From NCBI GenBank assembly GCA_044348005.1, contig JBIKTR010000006.1, positions 34,589 to 98,588 on the forward strand: 64,000 nt of DNA, read 5' to 3'. Of the stretch, positions 59,205 to 64,000 are shown one piece after another. This DNA comes from Vampirovibrionales bacterium. GTDB lineage: Bacteria; Cyanobacteriota; Vampirovibrionia; Vampirovibrionales; JAJTHC01. The notes under the pieces are model-generated. The model saw nothing but the letters and a program-made list of their open reading frames with translations. It was not told the DNA's origin and ran no database searches. Positions within the stretch are counted from its first letter, which is position 1. The number at the start of each line of letters is the position of its first letter. A program made the position numbers and the translations under genes.

Positions 59205-59353
59205 AATTAACTTCCTTAAAAATTACGCGCTAAACTCTTTAGCACTTTCTAGCCTAACAAAAAAACAGGTAAACCGCAATACATTTTTCTTGAAAGGGGA
59301 CTTATTCATGGTAGGCTTTAAGCAGCAATGCTTTAATTGAAGGACCGTTGTTC

Positions 59354-60898
59354 ATGCCTTATGATGCCACAAGTACGACGTCTCAGTCGCTAAAAGACCA
59401 AGCAAAATCGCTACACCCAAGTCCTGAACAGGTGTTTCATCACACGCCCCCTTCAAAAGAAGCCCATGTGGTGATTATAGGGGCAGGGTTGTGTGGACTG
59501 GTGGCGGCGTTTCGCCTTAAGCAAGCGGGTGTTCAGGTGACTTTGCTTGAAGCCAGTGAACGACTTGGCGGTAACATTATGACCCACGTATGGGGAGAGT
59601 TTACCACCGAAGCTGGGCCCAATAGCTTCCCCTCTTCTTCTGCTGAACTGATGCAATTACTTCAAGACATTCAACTGCGACCACTGGCCGCGTCCCCCCT
59701 TGCGAAGTTTCGCTATATTACAATAGGTTCTTCACTGGTGAAAGTGCCGATGGATCCCCTTGCCTTTTTGACGTCTCCCTTATTAAGTCTTTCTGCCAAA
59801 TTAAAATTGATGCAAGAACCCTGGATTGCCCCGCATCAAGGGGCGGAAGAAACGGTTGAAGCGTTTGTGAACCGTCGTTTAGGCAAACAGGTGCATGAAC
59901 GCTTGGTGCAACCCTTTTTAACAGGCGTTTATGCGGGAGACACCTCTAAACTGTCTGCTCAAAGCGTCTTTCCCACCCTTGTGGAATGGGAGCATACACA
60001 TGGTTCGATTCTTAAAGGGGCGCTACATGCCCTGCTTCAGAGAAAGAAGGCCCACGCGTCTCAAAACAACGCCCGCAAAAAAAAGCCAAAACACGCCTTG
60101 CTCAACTTCCCTGATGGCATGGAAGCCTTGGTGCTTCGATTGGCTCATCTCATCGGGAATGAGGCCATCCTGCGTCACAGTCGGGTGGAACACTTAGGTT
60201 ACAACCCTGAACCTGAACATGGCAGGGCCTGGCGTATTCGCTTAAATAACGGCGTAAAACTCGAAGCCGACGCCATAATTCTAGCCACCCCCGCCTACGT
60301 CGCAGCAGGCATACTCGATGAACTGCTTCCTGAAGTCGCTAAACGTTTGGATCAAATCGAGTATGCCCCCATTCATGTGGTGTACCAAGCCTTTGATTTA
60401 AAAGATGTTCGCAGACGCCGTCGAGGCTTTGGCACCTTACGATGCCTTGAAAAAGCCAACCCTTTTCAAGAAGCATGGCTGGGTAGCTTGTGGACGTCTT
60501 CACTCTTTCCTGAACGTTGCCCCAAAGGCCATTTATTACTAAGCCACTTTTTTGGAGGCGCCTTGCATCCTGAAGTCAAATTGTGGGACGACGGCCGTTG
60601 CATTCGAGAAGCCAGCCAGCAAAGTCAGTGGATGTTGCAACTCAACCCCAAGGCCAAATCGGTGTTTAATGTGGTATACCCCTATATGCGAGGCATTCCG
60701 CAGTATCACGTGGGGCATCACGAAAAGATTGAAGCGGTGCAACGCGACTTGGAAAGTTCGTTTGGGGGGCGTCTGCAAATTACAGGCAATTATGTGGCAG
60801 GCATTAACCTAAACAAATGCGTTATTTCGGCTCAGCAAGCCGTTGAAAGGGTTTTGACGACTTTAGCGGCATGGCCTGAAGAAACGGCGAAGTCCTAA
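59354..60898 (+). CDS. hemY: Protoporphyrinogen/coproporphyrinogen oxidase (HemY type)
   Basis: IIGAGLCGL, EAGPNS, GVYAGD, IPQYHVGH. Confidence 0.88.
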   Translation: MPYDATSTTSQSLKDQAKSLHPSPEQVFHHTPPSKEAHVVIIGAGLCGLVAAFRLKQAGVQVTLLEASERLGGNIMTHVWGEFTTEAGPNSFPSSSAELMQLLQDIQLRPLAASPLAKFRYITIGSSLVKVPMDPLAFLTSPLLSLSAKLKLMQEPWIAPHQGAEETVEAFVNRRLGKQVHERLVQPFLTGVYAGDTSKLSAQSVFPTLVEWEHTHGSILKGALHALLQRKKAHASQNNARKKKPKHALLNFPDGMEALVLRLAHLIGNEAILRHSRVEHLGYNPEPEHGRAWRIRLNNGVKLEADAIILATPAYVAAGILDELLPEVAKRLDQIEYAPIHVVYQAFDLKDVRRRRRGFGTLRCLEKANPFQEAWLGSLWTSSLFPERCPKGHLLLSHFFGGALHPEVKLWDDGRCIREASQQSQWMLQLNPKAKSVFNVVYPYMRGIPQYHVGHHEKIEAVQRDLESSFGGRLQITGNYVAGINLNKCVISAQQAVERVLTTLAAWPEETAKS

Positions 60899-61833
60899 GT
60901 GGCCACGCGAAAGTACACAAACATGCCGATGCTCAACGCCCAGCAGTAGTATGAAAATACCGTTAATGGAAAGCGCACCAGCAACTTCAACAACCACGCA
61001 ATACACGCATACCCCACCACAAAAGAAGCGAACATCCCCAATAGAATCGACACCCAAGGCAAGCTTTCATACGCAATGCCGACCTTTGCCAGTTTGTAGC
61101 TTTCATACACCGCCGCCGATCCAAAAATAGGGATGCTTAACCAAAACGAAAAGCGCGCCGCTTGCGGACGGCTTAGCCCACAAAGTAAGGCGGTGGCCAT
61201 GGTAGAACCTGAACGGCTGATGCCTCTAAAAATGGCCGCCACCGATTGAGCCACCCCTATGCTAATGACTTGAAGGGGGGCAAGGTGCAAGGCCTCTTCT
61301 GTTGAAGCTTCGTGGAGGGGTGTTGCTTTAGCGGACTGCTTTTCTGCAAAGGCAAGCAGGCACCCTGTTAAAAAGAGGTTTAAGGCGATGTATTCGGGGT
61401 GGTGAATGTAAAACTGGGTCATATCCGGCACGCCTTTTAATAAAGGCCAGTGCTGAAGTTTCGCAAATAGAACTTCACTGCCCTTTAAGCCCACCAACGC
61501 AAAAACAGACGTCACACTAAAGGCCAAGAACCCTCCCCAAAGAAGGGGGAACGTTTGCCAGACTTGCCCGTTGTTGTCTTTAACCGTGGGGGTTCTGTAC
61601 ACAACAGCGTGAATAAAACGGGTGATTTCATGGCGAAAATAGATTAAAACGGCAAGCAACGTGCCTAAATGTAAGGTAATGTCGAAGAATTCATCCACAA
61701 AGGGATTGGGGGGCGGATAACCCAGAATATCGGTGAGGGTTCTAAATAAAACCAAGTGGGCTGAACTACTTACGGGAATGAATTCGGTGGCGCCTTGAAG
61801 CATCCCTTTGAGTATCGCGTACCATGCGTCCAT
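60895..61833 (-). CDS. uppP: Undecaprenyl-diphosphate phosphatase
   Basis: QGATEFIPVSSSAHL, HLGTLLAV, GISRSGST, AARFSF. Confidence 0.92.
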   Translation of the reverse strand: MDAWYAILKGMLQGATEFIPVSSSAHLVLFRTLTDILGYPPPNPFVDEFFDITLHLGTLLAVLIYFRHEITRFIHAVVYRTPTVKDNNGQVWQTFPLLWGGFLAFSVTSVFALVGLKGSEVLFAKLQHWPLLKGVPDMTQFYIHHPEYIALNLFLTGCLLAFAEKQSAKATPLHEASTEEALHLAPLQVISIGVAQSVAAIFRGISRSGSTMATALLCGLSRPQAARFSFWLSIPIFGSAAVYESYKLAKVGIAYESLPWVSILLGMFASFVVGYACIAWLLKLLVRFPLTVFSYYCWALSIGMFVYFRVAT

Positions 61834-61923
61834 GTGTATATTCCTGAATAAATAATGATATAGAACACCCCCAACCTTAAACTATAGAACGCTGACTAAA
61901 CGGCTTATTTAAGGGAGTCACCC

Positions 61924-62349
61924 CTAATATAAGTCAACCCCCACCACATGGTCAAGCGTGGCATAGTCACCCTCCGAAGAATCCGCCGCGTGATGCGTCA
62001 CAATGACCCAATCCACGCGTAAGCCGTCGTAAGGAGTGGCATGTTCTGCTAAAAATTGATCAATGCTTGCCAGTAAGGCCTTTTTCTTAGGCGGGGTGAG
62101 CGCTTCATACGCCGTTTGTAGATGTGGCACCCGACGTGTTTTCACTTCAACAAACACCAAATCCTGCTGATCATAGGCAATGAGATCAATTTCCCCTTGG
62201 TGATGCACGCGAAAACGCGCGTCAATAACGCGAAAGCCCTTGCGTTCTAAAAAATGGCGTGCAATGGTTTCACCCCACAATCCCAAGGCCTGATTAGGGT
62301 TATGCTGGTGTGTTTCAAACAGTGATGCTGGGGGGGTGGACGGTTTCAC
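61924..62349 (-). CDS. YraN-family protein
   Basis: G.WGE..A..FL...G, GEIDLI, LVFVEVKTR. Confidence 0.85.
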   Translation of the reverse strand: MKPSTPPASLFETHQHNPNQALGLWGETIARHFLERKGFRVIDARFRVHHQGEIDLIAYDQQDLVFVEVKTRRVPHLQTAYEALTPPKKKALLASIDQFLAEHATPYDGLRVDWVIVTHHAADSSEGDYATLDHVVGVDLY

Positions 62350-63763
62350 GTGGTTGCGGTGTTTTCTTTTCTTTATGGACGACAGATGTTTTAATTAAAC
62401 CGAAATTACTCAAAATACGCAAGGCTTTTCCGATGCTGGCATCGGCACTTTCGTTGCCTGTGTCTTTCACATAAAGAATTTTTTTAGGGTGTTCTAGGTG
62501 AGATTGGATGAAAGGCGCTTCTTCATTTCGACGAAGCTGAACATGTTCATTTAACCATCGACTGAACGGGGATTGATGCGAAAGGATGAATTGTTGAGTC
62601 AGCACCGCCAAGCCTGCAAAAAGTGCTGTATAAGCGAACGGTTTACCCAGCCAGTCTTTCCATGGCAGGAGGCGGCGAAACCTTTGGGACATATCCTGGC
62701 GGAAAGAACTGCCTCGTAGCGGGGGGGGGATGTGTTCTACAAGATTAAGAAGGTTTCGGTCGTTTTGATCGGGCATGAGCTGGCGAAAAAAGAGCGGATG
62801 ATCTATCAAGGTTTGTTCTTCTGGGGTGAGTGCTTGCCATTTGATGGGTGTCTCGCCACGAAAAATAGCAATTTTGACAGTGGCTTCTGCAGTGGCTAGT
62901 GTAGGAGCTTGATGAAATTGACCCACGTTTTCAGCTTCACTTTGCACCCTATACTTGATCGGAGTCTCTGGATGGGCCACCTGCATGACGTGGGTTCGGG
63001 CGTGATCGTTCAAGAAAAAGGTGTAATCCGCCCGATTGTCGTGAGTCGCCAAAGCACGCCCTTCTTCAACTGTAACAGGGGTAAGCGCCAGTTTCTGTTC
63101 GTGATTGTGAGGGTAAATGCTGTGCGTTAAAGCTTCCAACTCACCCTGTGCATTCAAGCGTGCTTCAAACTGAGGAAAAACCCCCCGCTTGTTTTTAAGT
63201 TGACGGCTCACCTGCATACCCCCACTGGGAAGTTCGCGAACTTCGGTGTCTATAAAGCGGTTTTCTTGGTAGGCACGCCGAACGACGTGCGCATACGTGG
63301 CAGGCGACGCGTTCAAGGCATCCCATAGCGAACGATGCCGCTGCCTAACGCTTAATTTTTCGATCACATGGGCGTCTTTGAACGTTTTTAGATCATACCC
63401 ACCATAAGGCAAGTCTGCCTTTTTAGCCCAAGGGCCAAAAAGATCCAGCTGATATTCAAGGCCCGATGCTTCGTCGTAGTAAAGACGCGTCAACGGGTAT
63501 TTCAGGGCTTTGAAGATGCCCACCACAAGGCCGATTCCTGCCCCCCCCCCAGCAAAGTAAAACGGCGAACGATGTCGCCATTCACTCAGTTGGCTAACGC
63601 TCACCCTGATATTGTGGTGATGTTCTTGTTGTTGAGCCACCTTGACTTGTTGTTTCGCGTGGGGACTTTCCACATGGTTAAGGGTTTGAATATGTTTAAG
63701 CGCCCGCAATTCCGTATACGTCAGCGGGGTGTTGAACATAAATGTTTTGAGTTTACTGCTCAT
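62315..63763 (-). CDS. Hypothetical membrane-anchored protein
   Basis: 482-aa ORF with two hydrophobic segments. Confidence 0.65.
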   Translation of the reverse strand: MSSKLKTFMFNTPLTYTELRALKHIQTLNHVESPHAKQQVKVAQQQEHHHNIRVSVSQLSEWRHRSPFYFAGGGAGIGLVVGIFKALKYPLTRLYYDEASGLEYQLDLFGPWAKKADLPYGGYDLKTFKDAHVIEKLSVRQRHRSLWDALNASPATYAHVVRRAYQENRFIDTEVRELPSGGMQVSRQLKNKRGVFPQFEARLNAQGELEALTHSIYPHNHEQKLALTPVTVEEGRALATHDNRADYTFFLNDHARTHVMQVAHPETPIKYRVQSEAENVGQFHQAPTLATAEATVKIAIFRGETPIKWQALTPEEQTLIDHPLFFRQLMPDQNDRNLLNLVEHIPPPLRGSSFRQDMSQRFRRLLPWKDWLGKPFAYTALFAGLAVLTQQFILSHQSPFSRWLNEHVQLRRNEEAPFIQSHLEHPKKILYVKDTGNESADASIGKALRILSNFGLIKTSVVHKEKKTPQPRETVHPPSITV

Positions 63764-63940
63764 GTGGGATTCACATTATTTCTTAGGTGCTAAGGTATTT
63801 TTAGAACGCCTACTTGAAGGAAAGACTTTCGCCCCCAGTCCTGCGTTTTTTCAACCCCTACCAGAAGTTGACAAAGGCTTTAAACCTGGCCCAGCTTAAA
63901 AGATGCTATAGTGTTCGCGAGATGTAAAAAAACGCCCTAA

Positions 63941-64000
63941 TTTCGTGTGTCGGAAAGTCTGTTTTCTGGCCACGAAAGTCCGTTTTCTGGCCACGAAAGT
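63941..64000. repeat. Start of a second 21-bp tandem array (runs off the window)
   Basis: gaaagtctgttttctggc-cacgaaagtccgttttctggc-cacgaaagt, the same unit as 26246-26496. Confidence 0.9.

Overview
The window has two parts. (1) Bases 1-~12.7 kb are the right arm of an integrative, phage-satellite-like island. It carries a type III RM pair, an AT-rich unknown gene pair, a toprim primase plus DUF3987/YfjI replication module with an inverted-repeat ori candidate, and two convergent [unknown + HGGxSTG] modules around an AbiF-family HEPN gene with a structured leader. It ends at a tRNA-Ile-like 3' fragment (probable attR). (2) Bases ~13.5-64 kb are chromosomal backbone: rsmA, ispE, fused metX-metW, map-adk-secY, a 6S RNA candidate, recG, a type II RM system, mtnP, motA, two speD-like genes, prs, accC, tatD, surE, flgK/flgN, lgt, murE, class I aldolase, hemY and uppP. 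Gene content and orphan families suggest a flagellated, non-photosynthetic cyanobacterial relative (Vampirovibrionia/Melainabacteria); this is inference. Unexplained signals include a four-domain GntR wHTH protein next to a 21-bp tandem array that recurs at the window end, sigma28 promoters with HLR1-like boxes ahead of orphan paralogs, and modular palindromic elements sharing a core but with different terminal repeats. All calls come from reading motifs by eye; no database searches were run.
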